Assembly: GCF_006345805.1 (NCBI RefSeq)
Contig: NC_042998.1
Location: 75,516,001 to 75,580,000, forward strand
Direction: 5' to 3'
DNA length: 64,000 bases
Origin: Octopus sinensis
Taxonomy: Eukaryota
Position numbers and translations under genes: made by a program
Notes under the pieces: model-generated
What the model was told of the DNA's origin: nothing
Databases searched by the model: none
Seen by the model: the letters and a program-made list of their open reading frames with translations, nothing else
Shown: positions 38,212-53,386 of the stretch, one piece after another
Numbering within the stretch: position 1 is the stretch's first letter
Layout: each line of letters opens with the position of its first letter

Positions 38212-39050
38212 TATCATCGTCGTCGTTGTTTAACGTCCGCTTTCCATACTGACATGGGTTAGACGGTTTGACTAAGGGCTGGCAAGCCAGAAGGTTGCAC
38301 CAGGCTCCAATCTGATCAGGCCAAGTTTCTACAGCATCATGCTCTTCCTAACGCCAACAACTCCGAGAGTGTAGTGGGTGCTTTTTACGTGCCAAAAGCA
38401 CGAGGACCAATCAGGCGGTACTGCTATCGACCACGCGTGAATGGTGATTTTTACGTGCTACCGGCACGGAAGCCAGTCAGACAGCACTGACATCAACCAT
38501 GCTCGTATTGTACGTTTTACGTGCTACCGACACGGGAGTCAGTCAGTCGGCACTGGCAACGATTAGGCTCGAATGGTGTCTTTTATGTGTCACCGGCACG
38601 GGACCAGTCAGGCGCCACTGGTATCGACCATGCTCGAATGGTGCTTTTTACGTACCACCGACACAGATGCCAGTCGGGCGGTACAGTCATCGACCACGAC
38701 AATGACGTCACTTCATTCAATAGGTCTTCGCAAGCGCAGTTTTTGTTCAATGATTGAAGGGTGTTCTTAGATGGGCCGGTTATGCTGCGCTGGCATAGGC
38801 CATGGTTACGGTCTAACTTGGCACAGCATATCTCCAATGGTCTCGGTCACTTGTCATTGCCTCTGTAAGGCCCAACGTTCAATGGTCGTGCTGCACCACC
38901 TCATCCCAGATCTTCTTGGGTCTACCTCTAACACAGGTTCCCTCTACTGCTAGGGTTTGACACTTTTACACACAGCTGTCCCCATCCATACGGAACACAT
39001 GACCATACCAGCGCAGTCGTCTCCCTTGCATACCACTTCTGATTCTTCTT
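38212..39050 (-). mobile_element. RTE-type LINE 3' end with (GAT)n tail
   Basis: Minus strand encodes RRLRWYGHVFRMDGDSCVK... (RTE C-terminus), then a long 3' UTR ending ...aagcggacgttaaacaacgacgacgatgat. Confidence 0.8.
38378..38700. repeat. 66-bp minisatellite, about 5 diverged copies, in the RTE 3' UTR
   Basis: Units begin at 38378, 38444, 38510, 38576 and 38641 (gtgctttttacgtg-like). Confidence 0.85.
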
Positions 39051-39169
39051 ATACATATATACTTATATATATATATATAAGAATAACATCTACGCAAATT
39101 TTATAAACAAAACATTCAAAAGAGATGTTTCAGGAATTCAACAATTACTACTACCATCCACAGCGGGTC

Positions 39170-39585
39170 ATTTTTGGAGCAGCTGACCATTCATACTACT
39201 GTCATGGCACTCCCGCATTCTTCTTCTTCTTCTTCTTCTTCTTCTTCTTCTTCTTCTTCTTCTTCTTCTCTTCTTCTTCTTCTTCTTCTTCTTCTTCCCT
39301 ACCAAGAATTCACAACGACCTCGAACCCACAAGAGTAAACTACAGAGACAGAGACAGTCAGAAACAAGGAAATGCCACTTGTATTTGAACACTGTGCAAA
39401 TATTCTTTAAAAAAAATGTTTTTTTTAATTTTTCAAAACTTTAATTGCTTTTCATACTTACAGTTGAAAAAGTTTCAATGACTGAAACCGGTACTGAAAT
39501 GTTTTTATAAAATTATTTTAGCACTTAACTTTTTAGCATCTTGACTTTTTTCCATATATATCAACTCGTGTGTTACTTTTCAACC
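39170..39585 (+). mobile_element. Solo, diverged pLTR related to the 1-3.7 kb PLE
   Basis: caagaattcacaacgacctcgaa...atgccac...gaacact...hammerhead...catatatatcaactcgtgtgttacttttcaacc aligns with 3455-3713 plus the reverse complement of 1058-1081. Confidence 0.8.
39461..39496 (+). ncRNA. Minimal hammerhead (U3:A8), relative of 3615-3652
   Basis: cag-TTGAAAA-agtt-tcaat-gact-GAAA-CCGG-TA|ctg; stem II changes keep pairing. Confidence 0.7.
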
Positions 39586-39595
39586 GTGTGTGTGT

Positions 39596-39643
<48 letters not shown>

Positions 39644-39898
39644 TGTGTTTGTGTGTGTATGTATGTATGTATGTATGTATATATGTATGTATGCATTTAT
39701 GTAGGTATGTAATTCCTCGACTATTACGGGTGTTACGTTCCAAAACCTCCCGCAATAGGTGAAAATCTACGATGATGAAACAGTACTGTGCTGTATATTT
39801 TTCAATTATTTTTATAATTTGTATATATTTTTCTATATACAAAACAAAACCACAGAGTCGACGTCAGCTTAAATAATAAACCGTGATGGGTGAACCAT

Positions 39899-40012
<114 letters not shown>

Positions 40013-40033
40013 GTTATATATATATATATATAT

Positions 40034-40397
40034 TATTCTTTTATTCTTTTACCTGTTTCAGTCATGTCACTGCAACCAAGCTGCAGCACCGCCTTTAAAC
40101 TAACAAATCGACCACAGGACTTATTCTTTGTAAGCCTAGTACTTATTGTATCGGTCTCTTTTGCCGAACTGCTAAATTACAGTGACCTAAAGACACCAAA
40201 ATTGGTGGGGGACAAACACAGCCACACAGAAAAGTATATATACATACGACGGGCTTCTTTCAGTTTCTTTCTACCAATTTCACTCACAAGGCTTTGCTTG
40301 GCCCGAGGCTATAGTAGAAGACCCTTGGCCAAGGTGCTACGTAGTTGAACTGAACCTGGAACCATGTGTTTGAGAAGCAAGCTTCTTACCACACAGA
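40034..40397 (-). mobile_element. Near full-length SINE (same family as 11275-11792)
   Basis: Reverse complement runs from head (ctgtgtggtaagaagcttgc) to tail (gcggtgctgcagc...tgactgaaacagg). Confidence 0.85.
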
Positions 40398-40441
40398 ATT
40401 ATTAAAAAAGGGACGGAGTCAGAATTTGGATAAATATTATT

Positions 40442-40481
40442 TATTGAACGTTTCCATCCCTTCAGGGATTCATCATGAATA
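40442..40481 (-). ncRNA. Decayed minimal hammerhead
   Basis: Minus strand: tatt-c(a)TGATGA-atccc-tgaa-gggat-g-GAAACGTTC|aata; one extra base in the core; palindrome AACGTT. Confidence 0.45.
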
Positions 40482-43009
40482 GTTAAGTATTAAAAGTTGT
40501 TTCCTTCTATACATGTGTAATATAGCTGAAGAAAAGTCATGAGTTCAATTCGTTTTTTCGGGTCTTTGAAAAAGTATGTTTTGAAAGTGGCTATTTGATG
40601 TGTACTTTGTCATTTTGAATGTATATGTAAGTGTTTATGTAGATGCGTGTGGTGGAAGTTGAAAAAAGAACATGTATGAGAGATTTGTGTGAGTATGTGT
40701 GTATGTGCGTGTGTTAAGAAAGCAAATATTTCGCAACCAACATTTTTCCCAATGCAGATCGAAAGAGGCTGGTATTTACATAAAAGGTACTGGGCCGAAG
40801 TTAGGTATCTTTCATTTCATATTCCAAAATTTACCAAGATTCACTTTATCTTTCTCCCTACTAAATGTCAAAAATTAATTATCAATAATATACTGAGAGT
40901 TTCCAATTAAGTTTGTCCTTCCCAGTAAACTACGGGACGAATAAACAAATTTAGAAATTATCATTGTAGCAGAATCTACTTACAAACTTGTGCTCGATCT
41001 AAAAGCATATGTCTTCTGTTTATTTCTTGGACATTGTTTTGATATATCATGTACTTTTATAGTTGATGAATATATAACTTTTCTTGGTCAGATCAATACA
41101 AGAAGTTCTCCCAATGAAGCGTTAATAATTTAGTTTCAGTAGAAGTCAAAAATATTCCAACATTAAAAACAATCGTCACGCCTATTTTATGTGTGACACA
41201 AACGTTATTACTGTAAAATTATTTAAAATCAAAATAAGACCAAGATTTTGGCATCACATTGATCAACTGACATTGATCAGCTGACAAGTTAAACACTTTT
41301 AGGTTATAAATCTCCTAAAGGAGCGGAATAACAAATACGTTTTCAGTCTTTGTGAACGATAAGGTTCACAAAAGAGGTTAAAAAGGAACGTGTTAGTAGA
41401 AACCTGTTATGTTTCTAGTTCTACAGAGTAACAAAATAATTAAGATTTTAATAGGATAATGATTGACTGCTACTGCCATGGTATAACCTTATCTCTAAAT
41501 TAACATTATCAAGATATTCTGTTGTTTCAGTTCATATTTCCCCACCACTCATGTTACAATCAATAAACATAGCTTTCGATTGACGTTTAATATAGTTCTA
41601 ATGGTTCAGTTTTTGTTTTGACTTTCATTTTTTCATATATTTTGCAATTAAAAAGCCCCACTCAGATAGTACGAGAAACTGAGTATCAATGAGATATTAA
41701 TTATTTTACTTCGTTTTTAGGAAAGAATTAAGATTACTTTGACAATCAAATTTCTGATCATTATTTGCCTCCTTGTAATAGAGAAAATAATTTCGTCGTA
41801 AATTTTGTTTCTGGTATTTTTAGTTGATTTTATCTCACTAAGCAATATAAATAGTTTTATCTAAAAAGCTTGCACATTATTTTTTAAAGAAGCATTAAGG
41901 AATACTCTCAGACCTATAAGTAGAGACTTTATTTTCAGTATTGCTAAATTGGTACCTATCATTTAAAGCAGAGTTTCTATATTATATTTGTAAACATGCA
42001 TACACACACATACTCATATATACATCTATGTATATATTTAAAGATATATAATAAATACCAATATACTCAAGACCTGTTTCTATTAAATTAATTTGTGTAT
42101 TTATATAAATATTGCTGTTAATTTTAAAAGTTTCTTTTTCTGTTATCTACCATAAATATAAAAATAAAATAAATAATTCAAGGGTAACCTTCTGTTCTTC
42201 AGGTTCTTTTATTTGTTTTGACATCTGTACTTGCATAGTAGAAGATTCCCAAGAAAAACTCATTTTTCATGTGTAGAGACACATACACACGCACACACAC
42301 ACATTTAAACCCAAAACGTATGTGTGTATTTATCGGTAAGTGTTATATAAAGCTGCGAGAATCTGTGTATGAAATGGCTCGAAGTCGAACAAATATATCT
42401 TTTGGTATTTGTTCCGGCCGAGTTGCATAGATACTTCTTTGTACGTCTTTCTAATTTAACGGCTGCTAACCGTCAATTAACTTCCTATAAACCTATAAGC
42501 AACGTCATTATTGTTCACATGATATATGATATAAAACATAACAAAGTTCCAAGAAGTAGCCACTGTGGACAAATTAGACTGACTTGCATTAAGCATACGG
42601 AAAATTTATATGGTGTCCATTATGAAGGTGATTTTTGCAAGTTCAGGCATATAAATTTTTATAAGAGAGAAGTTGTGAAAACACAGAAATTTTAATAGAA
42701 AATAAAATTGATACATATTTGCATGTAAATATATAGACAGAGAGAATCACAATTAGTAATATTGATAGAAACTGAGATGGGTGAAAAATTGCATTATCGG
42801 AAGATAGATATATAGATAGATAGATATATAGATAGATAGATAGATACATACATACATAATACATACATACATACATACATACATACATACATACATACAT
42901 ACATACATAGAGACGGATGGAGAGACAGACAGACAGAGAATGAGAGAGAGATATGTTTTGTGCTTTCACACTCATAAATAATGTGGAGAGGCGATATATT
43001 GGAGAATCT

Positions 43010-43149
43010 TTATGCTTTGAGTTTAAATCAGGGGTTGCTTCTTACTTTTACGAGTTTCATCCTTTTGTGCTGATAAGTACATCACAGATATCGGTGTAAT
43101 GGACTAGCCTCCTCCCACCAAAATATCAAGTCTTGTGCCTATAATACAA

Positions 43150-43160
<11 letters not shown>
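43010..43160 (+). mobile_element. Decayed SINE followed by long (ATT)n
   Basis: tttcatccttttgtgctgataagtac...ggtgtaatggactagcctcctcccaccaaaat...ttgtgcctata. Confidence 0.5.
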
Positions 43161-43306
<146 letters not shown>

Positions 43307-43472
43307 GATATTGAAAGGAAACATTCGTCTTAAGCTAATTCCTGCTTTCTGTTAGCTCTTTTACTTCTAAATTTCAACATTATTGCAATATAATTTAAAC
43401 GTGTGTTATGCTCTTATTCACTCCATTAGCAGCTATAACATTGGAACTCCTGTTCACACACACACAAACACG

Positions 43473-43506
<34 letters not shown>

Positions 43507-43581
43507 CACACAAACGCTAGCACTCGCTCACACACACCCACAATCGCTCATACTTACATGCATACATATAGGCAGACAGAC

Positions 43582-43678
<97 letters not shown>

Positions 43679-43729
43679 CATAGATAGATGGATAGATAGA
43701 TAGATGGATAGATAGATGAATAGATAGAC

Positions 43730-43854
<125 letters not shown>

Positions 43855-46146
43855 TCTCTATGATCATTTAGGTGTGCGTGTGTTTGTGTGTAAAAGTATG
43901 TCTATAAGATTCAGTTGGTATTAATCTAAAGAGACAATGGAACAATTTAGCTTGGCTTACAGAGAAAGCTAGCTTGGAAAGTTAACTCCTCTGTAAAAGT
44001 CATGGTTTAGCACTCAGGCAGAGAAGCGTATACAAAATCAAAATTGGACCTGGTTACCGTGAAATTATAATTTCGTCCATCACAACCTAAACAAATATCA
44101 TCCAAGAATATTTCAATTACTTTCCTGTCAAGTTTCCTGCAAGAAATATATACCAATAACCCTTATACCCCAATTTTGAATACAATAATACCTATTGGGA
44201 ATTTATTTTCTTTTTATAATATGGAGCAGATTAAAAAAGAAAAACAATTACTATATCAAAGAAATTGATCTTGAAGTACATTCGGGATCACATAAAAATT
44301 AAAACTTGTCAAATTTGCATTTGTTTTTTTCTTTTCTGCTTTTTTTAAAACTGCATGTAACTTATAGTCAACTCATATAAGTGTGAATTACTTTCATATT
44401 TATATATTTCCAGTGTTTCAATACTTTGCAATAAACAAAGTAACTTAATTTCTTTGGAAACTTTTAGATACATTTTCCCAAAAAACTTGAAAGCAACGGC
44501 CAAAATACTTCAATTATTTCCAATATGTTGCTATATATGTTCTCTGAATTCGAAAGCGTAGTTATCAAATTGATATTTTAATGGTGATCTTACTTCTAAA
44601 GATAGAATATTAAGGCTATAAAATTTAGGCAAAAATAAGCTCAATATCTCAACAATGAATTATTGAAATATTAGGTTCTTTATTGTTTTAATATATTTAT
44701 GGTTTATGATTATACCAGATCCTTTGAAACTACTTTCTGTAGTAAGCATGTTAGGTTATGTTTTATGTTAAAATATATCAATTTAATATTTGATAAATTA
44801 TTGGCAGTTAATTGACTCAAGCAATGAACAAACAAAATTGGGTCATTTCTATATTGTGATATAATTTGTAGGCATCTTAAAGGAAATTCTATCTATTTTT
44901 AACATATCTTATTCTCCTGTATTATGAATTTGTTCAATGCAACAAATATATGTAATTATAATCTTTACCTACAGAAGAACCAGTAACGTCATTTAAATGT
45001 CTAAAGCGTTCTGTTTTACAGAGATATTAGATTCTGCCCAACTTTGTGAGTTTAAAATCACACTTGCAACGTCTTTAAGATTTTATATTGTAGGTCAATA
45101 AAATATTTAGCTTTATAATTATATAGTTGCATGGCTTCAACTTTGCAGTCTTCAAAGAAATTACATTTTATAGATGCTGTTTTGTTAACGCTATGTATAA
45201 CTATAAATACAGCAATTGTTTATTCGTGGAATTTGTTTCTTCGTTTACAGCATTTATATTATAAAATATATTCTTAACCATAGATATGTCATATATTGCT
45301 ACCTACATATGCACATCTTATATAATATATACATTCAATATTGCATCCACACCATCCAAGAGATATATTGTATAAACATCTAAAGTAAGACTTATACAAT
45401 GACTATTAAGTTGATAGTGGCATATGGTTAGATAATGAACTGTGCAGGCAGTGATAATTTAATTAATAGGCAAATCAATGAAAACTGCAGCTTATGTAAT
45501 GTTAATACTTTTTCACTGAACTTGTGTAATAGACATGAAATGAATTCCAGTTTTCAGGCAAAAATATTAAAGACTAAATCGTAATCTATAAATTCAATCA
45601 AACAATATAGAGATGAAAATCTAGAAAATATCGAAAACTTCTCTGAAAAAAAAATAGGCTATCATGAATATATTCATGCATTGGAAAAGTAGTAGATATA
45701 AATGCTTATGTCTAAACTCCAATATTTTGTTTGCGACAGTTTCTTATTCTAAAAACGCATTTCTAAATATATTAAAAAAAACGTAAATAATTGCCTATAT
45801 AAGAATGGAATTTAGTGTAAAAGAAGTAACATTTCCCTGGTGAAGGAAACGAGGTGAAAAAGGAAAGTGCAACATGAATATGTTGGACGATAAATCAAGC
45901 AGTCTATAAATGGCACAATTCTGTTCTATTGCTTACTAAATAGTACATTAATCGAAAGGAAATAAGAGGAGGGTAAAATGAATAGCTGACAGCAATATAA
46001 ATGTGTGTATGTGTATGTGCGTATATATTCGTGTCTGTGTGCGCATTTAAAATCGAGTGAGAAACAGAGAGAGAGAGAGAGCGAGAGAGGAAGAATAAAA
46101 TATTGGAGCAACGCACACACAAACACACACAGATATTGTACATATG

Positions 46147-46255
<109 letters not shown>

Positions 46256-47289
46256 ATATATATATATAAAAAATTTTCTTTCGAAAATCTGTATTTGTAC
46301 ATACATGTGTGTATAAACCATTGCTACAATCTGTAAATTTTTTGAAGTTATTCAGATATTTACGAGAGTATGTATGCATGTTCTGTGTGTAAGCAATTGG
46401 TTAACTTCTGTTGCTGCATCATATAGTTTATAAATTATTCTATACAGGAAAACTCTCTGAATGTGTTCTAATGGTACTGCAGTGGCTATTCTGATATAGA
46501 TTTACCTTCACTTGAAATGTCAGTTTGTTTACTTATTTCTTCTTTTGAATTTGTATGTAAAATCTGCCTTTGTAGATTAGTTTATAGAAGGTCAGCAGGG
46601 AATATTTCATGTTACGTCTATCTATTGTACTTGTCATTTTGCTTGACATTTTGATTTATCTAACCTTTTACGATTTAAAAATCATTCAGTTTCCCACAGC
46701 AATACATTTTTATTTTTAAGTCAAGCATTTACATGTATCTAAATATTTAGTATATCTCAGAAGGTGCGTTTATTCTAATAATCTACCAAAAATACAGGAT
46801 GGTCACATATGATACATAATGCATATAAAGAGCATATTTCAAATAATCTGGGGAAATGTGTGTAAATATGAGTGGGGCATTTGTATTCATGTAAAAACAC
46901 TATCATATCATATTTTACAATTCACAGTTTCAACCAATCAAAAACTTTGAAAAAACCCAGAATTGATTCTGAATTTCATAAAATCCATTCTCTTGAAGGT
47001 GCTGTACCGATATAAGTATTATTCACGGACGAATAAACAATATAATTAATATCTCGATTAAACAAGCATTTGAACAGGATCTTCATCTTACATATTTCGA
47101 TTTATTCGTTACTGAAGTTACTTTTGCAGCGTGGAAGGTGTTTATAATCCATTTAAGAAACACACAAAAACCGTTAGATTCACTTCAACATTTAAAATTA
47201 ATTTGTCAAAATATTTTCGTCGCTTTGAGACCTCGACGTGTTCACTGACAAAATTCTGTGTTGTCAGTGAACTCAGCTACCACCAGCAA

Positions 47290-47700
47290 CTGAGTGTTTT
47301 TATAACCGCTCCAACTATTCGGCGACTATCTTGTTTAGGTGCTATCTGATGAGTTGTTACTTTTAGAGATAGTGCATCGCTCATAAGCATGATGGAACAT
47401 TTTCTGCTACCCTCTCTATTTCACGAACCATTGATCTGGTCATGCTTGTAAGACCAATGCAATAATATTAAACGTCGAGCAACTTACATCAAATCCACAT
47501 TTCATTTCTACTATACAGAAGCACCATGATTTGTCAACATAGCACTGCAAACGATTCTCTAAACCTTTCAGATTTTAGTTACTTTCTCCAGGTCCCAGTC
47601 CTTATTTCTTCAAGATACTGTCAACTCAACTCAACAATCCGGAAATTTTTTGTCAAGTCAGACCATCTAACCATATCAGGAAAGGTTTTGTTGGTGTTAT
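47290..47700 (+). mobile_element. Possible ancient hAT transposase fossil
   Basis: Fragments resemble (H)CIAH and YTEAP*F...LQTIL (cf. HTEVRWL...LQRF). Heavily disrupted. Confidence 0.3.
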
Positions 47701-47800
47701 ATAGATCAGTAAGGTGAGGGCTTCTTTTCTGCCATGACTAGTCATTAGCACTATGCAAAATAAAGAATATCAACTTCCTTTCTTGTTTTCTGTTTCTTAT

Positions 47801-47860
<60 letters not shown>

Positions 47861-48204
47861 TAATATATATATATATATATATAAGGGTAAAATCTATCCA
47901 AGATTTTACCAAGTAGCGAGCGTGTAAAAACCAATTAGGATTTTAAAAAGTAATGCTGAGGATATAATTTTTTAAAATACATTATTACATTAAGTAAAGC
48001 CACACACTGGAAAGGGACATCAAATTCAAACTGCTTTATCAAATATACACAGGCTCTGAAGTCTAGGAAATGAATACCAAAAAAAAATTCTTTTAAAGGT
48101 TCAGTTGCATATCGAAATGATTTCATGGTCAGCGCTGTAACACGCTCTCCACTCTTCAGTGCAAACATAACCACTTATAAATACATAAGTGTATATATAC
48201 ATAC

Positions 48205-48269
<65 letters not shown>

Positions 48270-48372
48270 GTATATATATAAATATATATATATATATGCA
48301 TAATATATGTATGTATGCATATATATATGTATGTATATAAAGTGACAAACAGACGGAGACACTCACAGACTC

Positions 48373-48479
<107 letters not shown>

Positions 48480-51400
48480 TTCATGGAGACTTGGAAGAAA
48501 CAATAATTGCCTTATGATTTCATCAAGATGATTTCAGACAGTATAATAATTGCAGCTCATTAATAAATACATCAATCATTTTTTGCTTTCAATTTTATAT
48601 CTAGTTTTTTTCGTACCTTCGCATAAAACCTGAATTCTGAATAAAAAATATAACACACACATAAGCATAATTTTTAACATTTCAAAAAAATATTTTAATT
48701 CGTACTGTTGCTTCTGAATGTCTTGTTTATTCGACCAAAATTTGATCAAATTGAGTATTTAGAAGTTCTATTACTCGTCTTGGCATTAATCAAACGCTAA
48801 GTCTCTCTGTATATGGTTGCCGATAATTAACCGAGTTCCATACCCAGAAACAACTATTCGAGCTGAATACTCTCTAATTATATCTTTCATTGCTCTCAAC
48901 TATTCAGTGGAATATCCATAGAATAGTGCATTTATGAGTTTTGTCAGACACATCGTCTTTTTCGAGTCCCCTAACTGCATCATGATTTTCACTTTCAAAC
49001 TATTTTATACTTCGGCATAAAAGGAATACTCTCTATTTGCTACTCAACGATTCTTAGCCAGATTTCGATGAAGGCTTGAAGAAAATTACATGAATTTATT
49101 GTCTCAAGAATGCAATGTCAAACTTTTTCAGTATTTCCAACTGATCAAATCTATTAATTATTTCTGAAACATACTTGCTTTTTATTGATCTTTTCTGTGT
49201 TTGTCTTGACTGATTTGGAGTTATTTTTCCATGTGTTACTTTTATATTCAGAATTTATTAACGAAAGTTCCATTTTCAGTTCTCTAATAATCATTTATAT
49301 ATATTTGAGGAAAGTTTGTAGAAGTCGTTCCTTGATGCTGGTCTCTATCATCAATAATATTCAGGGGTCATAAACTTCGTTATTGGCCGCCCTGCTTTAA
49401 CAGTATTCCATGTATAGATAATAAAAATAGGAACTGATGCACAGATACAACTAAACGTCGAACTTTATCAAGGTAATCTTGAAGTAAGCAGAATATCGAT
49501 GCAAGGGAAATTAGACTAATAAAATATACTGCAGTAAGTAAAGTTATTCAAATTATAGCTGTAATATAATCGCTAGGGATGTATAGGAATTCGACAAAGC
49601 TCGTTTTATTCCTACTTATCAACGGTGAGTTAGAATTTGAACAACTTAAATGCATTTTATAAGTTTCTTATCAAATGCTGACATGTCATAGTTTAGTGTA
49701 GACTCTTCAAGTATGAAATTAATTTTATGCCATCTATGCTGATAAGTTTTAAATGAATTTAAGGTCTGTGATTAAACAATTTGTCCCAAATGGTTTTAAA
49801 TTAATAGACTTTATTACATTTTACGCTGGAAATAGTTTGTACAGCAATGCTACTTACACTTTATCAAACTTGTTCGATATTACACCAAGTTTGCACTATC
49901 CTGTTGTCACAAACGATGTTAGGATGTGATAATTTGGATTTAAACATTTGTATTGTTAAGAATTCTCTGAGTTCCTGGACTAATGTCATAAACTTTACAT
50001 GCGGATATTGTTATTAATTCATTGTGAATATATATTTCTGAACGGATTATAAATGTAGGCAACCCAAATGTATATCAAAATCCGCTACGAACATGAGAGC
50101 ACGAGTTTATATTCGTTTTATTTCATATCACAATTTGGATTCCATTGCAAACCTATTTTAGCAATCTTAGTGATAAATATTTATGACAACATAGATTAAA
50201 ATTTAATTGCCTCTCAGGAGGTACTTAATGAATTTCAATTATGAAATGAGAATTTATAAAGATATGTCATAGATATATCCTTTAGTCTCACAGAGCAGTA
50301 ATGAATGTATAGACAAATATATTCGTGTTTCATTGACAAAAAAATTAAACTTAAAAAGACGCTATTTATATCTATTGATTACACTTTCTTAACATTTAAA
50401 TAATCTAATTACTTTATTTCATTGACCGTTTAGCTCGTTGTTTAATTCCCACCAGACGAAATACCACGTAATTTTTAAATACTTATATTGCTGTATAAAA
50501 ATTCTTAAATTCTTATATACTTTCATAACCCGGAGAGAAATATTCTCAATGTTTCAGATCCTTTCAAAGTATGTAGTACTAACAAATCGGTAAGAAACTA
50601 GATTCGACACAATCTTCTATGCGGTGTAATGTTTTTTTTTTCTTTATAAATTTTGTCGCCAAGCCGAAGAAGAAGTAATCATTGACTACTCATTTCGTCA
50701 GAAGTATGTAAGTGGCTCTGTAGCACAATTTTCAATAGATATATTAACATCAGCAAACCTCATCCTCATATCATCTACGTCAACTACACACTTATCATGT
50801 TTTATATATTCGCAAGCAAAGAGACGCTGATTATATTAGTAAATCGATTTTCAAACTGTATTCCAAGTTTATTTACACTGATTCTATTAAAATATTTAAT
50901 GATTATCCCACGCTATATGTATCTCTTAAAACATGTAGGCTTACCAAAGAAAAGAAATATTTCGTCGAAACAAAATCGCTTCCGAGTAGGTTATTTCTTC
51001 AATAGATGGAAATATATTAAGAATTACCTGAATTACCTTTCTAAATAAATATATTTTGCCCAGATCTTCAAACTTTTAGGCTATCCCCTAAATAATGTAC
51101 CTAGTATTATATCTGTCCATATAAGCGGCAATGTTTTCAAAGATTCTATTCAATCAACTTCTATGTATGTCCTGAAGGTACTTTTTGATTCCAGAAAATG
51201 AAACCACATCCCTGCACAGAACAAAATATCAGAATGATGCTCATTGTGATTTCATCTCCTGCTTATGTTTTATTCAAAACTATTTACATTGGTTTCCATA
51301 ATTTAATCACATTATTTTGCATTTTAGTGTAAATGTATAGAGAAAATACACGAGGTAGTGATACTAAATTCATTACCGTTTGATGTACTTTACTAACCTT

Positions 51401-53318
51401 GGTGATTATGATGGATTTGACTGCCGAGTTAAGGACAGATACATCTGCACCTAACACGGCTATTAACAAGCACGGTAGTTAATTTTATCCTCGTCGAGCT
51501 TAGGTTCAAATACCAATGGGAGTAAATTTACTGTTTTAGATATTTGTCACAAACAGAATTGAAAAACGATGAAGAAAACCAACACTATAGTTCCCCAGAA
51601 ACAGTAAAATATATTTCATTTGTAATTAAGAGGAATAGTAAGAGATAATTATCTTTATCAAATGAACTGTAGTGGAAGTGTATCTTGGAACTGTAGTGTT
51701 CATATGTTACATCATATATAAACGATTTGAAAATTTACAGCAGCAAATCTTCATCACCTCATAAAAAAAAGAAATATAAAATCAATTTATCTACACATCC
51801 ATGGCTAATTCGATTACCTGCAGTATAATTATATATAACATGTCACATCAGAAGCAAATTGTTGAAATAAGGCGCTATTTTAATGATAAATATTGCGAAA
51901 TATTCACTCAGAAATATGAAACTGCTAAATATTACATTGCAAACCCAAATATGGCATGATGTTAAAATCCAAAACTAATTTTGAGCTCATGACTTAGTGT
52001 ATACTCATTGAGGAAGATTTTGTTGTTTGCTGTTGTTGTTGTTGTTGCTAGTAGTGGTGATGGTGGTTGTGATAGTAGTGACGGTAGTGGTGTAAAAATA
52101 TGTAGTGTAATATATATATATATATATATATACATACATATATGATATAATATAGTATAATGTAATATAATTAGATAGAATTAGATAGAATTAAGTTTCA
52201 ACTTCCAAAATTCTTAATGCAATGTACCAACAAACATTCAGTTTTGTGTATGAAATTTGCAAGAGAGTTCTCTTAGACGTTTGAAGTCAAGATATTGTAC
52301 ATATGTGTGTTGTGTACGTTTGTACGCATGATTCGTATACTTAAGTGATAGGAAGATGTAAAAAAGTAATCTGAATAGTTATTCATCGTGCGTACATCTT
52401 ACTTATATGTATAAATTTACAAATATATACATATATGTAAATATACATGTGCATATAGGTAATATAATCTTGTGACTTAAATGTGTATTATTCAAACTTT
52501 CAGTAAAAATTATGTAATTATATCATCCAATGATTTAAACTGTACTAAAGAATGCTCGGTCAAATTTTAAAGGAATACAGCGGGTTGTTTTGATATGTGC
52601 AATTTCTCAGATTAACAGAAAAGACAGTTACACCCGCAAGGGAAAAGAGGATTGAGTCTTGTCTGGGTAAATCGAGACGTGGAGTTGGATATTTCCTAAA
52701 CTCTGAACCTAAATAAGAACATTTGCTGCGTGTTGCAGCATATGTTCTTACATATGGGTCACGTGTTGTTCCTCAGAATACCATCAAATGGAGTAAGTTC
52801 AATCTATAAATTATTGCCTTGGAATTACTGAGTCCTCTCAATCCACTGGTGAGTTTATTTCGGTATTTGCAGACTTTTATACTATTTGCATCAATACAGC
52901 TTCATATCAACTAAATGTAAACCTTCGGGTGACATATATATTTCATAATTTTTGCTAAAAATTTACAGAAACACAAGAACGGCGTTGAATAATACACAGC
53001 AGATCGTACATGAATCAGCTGTCGCCAAACACCATGTGACCTGAACTGGGTAATACGAACGAACTCAAAATATCATCTAATGACTTCATAAGAACACAAT
53101 AATTAATAAAAAATATTTAATCTGTATGGCACTTGCAACGTTCGTTTTTTTCGAATCTAAACCTACTGTATACAAACATACACATACATATAAACTCCTA
53201 TGCACACAGATATATTGCTACTATATTACGTATACATTCATACATACATACATACATATGTGTGTATGGGTATATTTATATATATATATATGAGAAAGTT
53301 GATATATATATGTGTATG

Positions 53319-53386
<68 letters not shown>

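Noticed and set aside
38378-38700. Spaced repeats superficially like a CRISPR array
   Set aside because: Whole 66-bp units are homologous, there are no unique spacers or cas genes, and the context is a eukaryotic LINE UTR.
50664-50707. Possible 44-nt exon AEEEVIIDYSFRQKY|gtaagt
   Set aside because: The donor is good, but the acceptor is weak, there is no family match and no partner exons; expected by chance in 64 kb.
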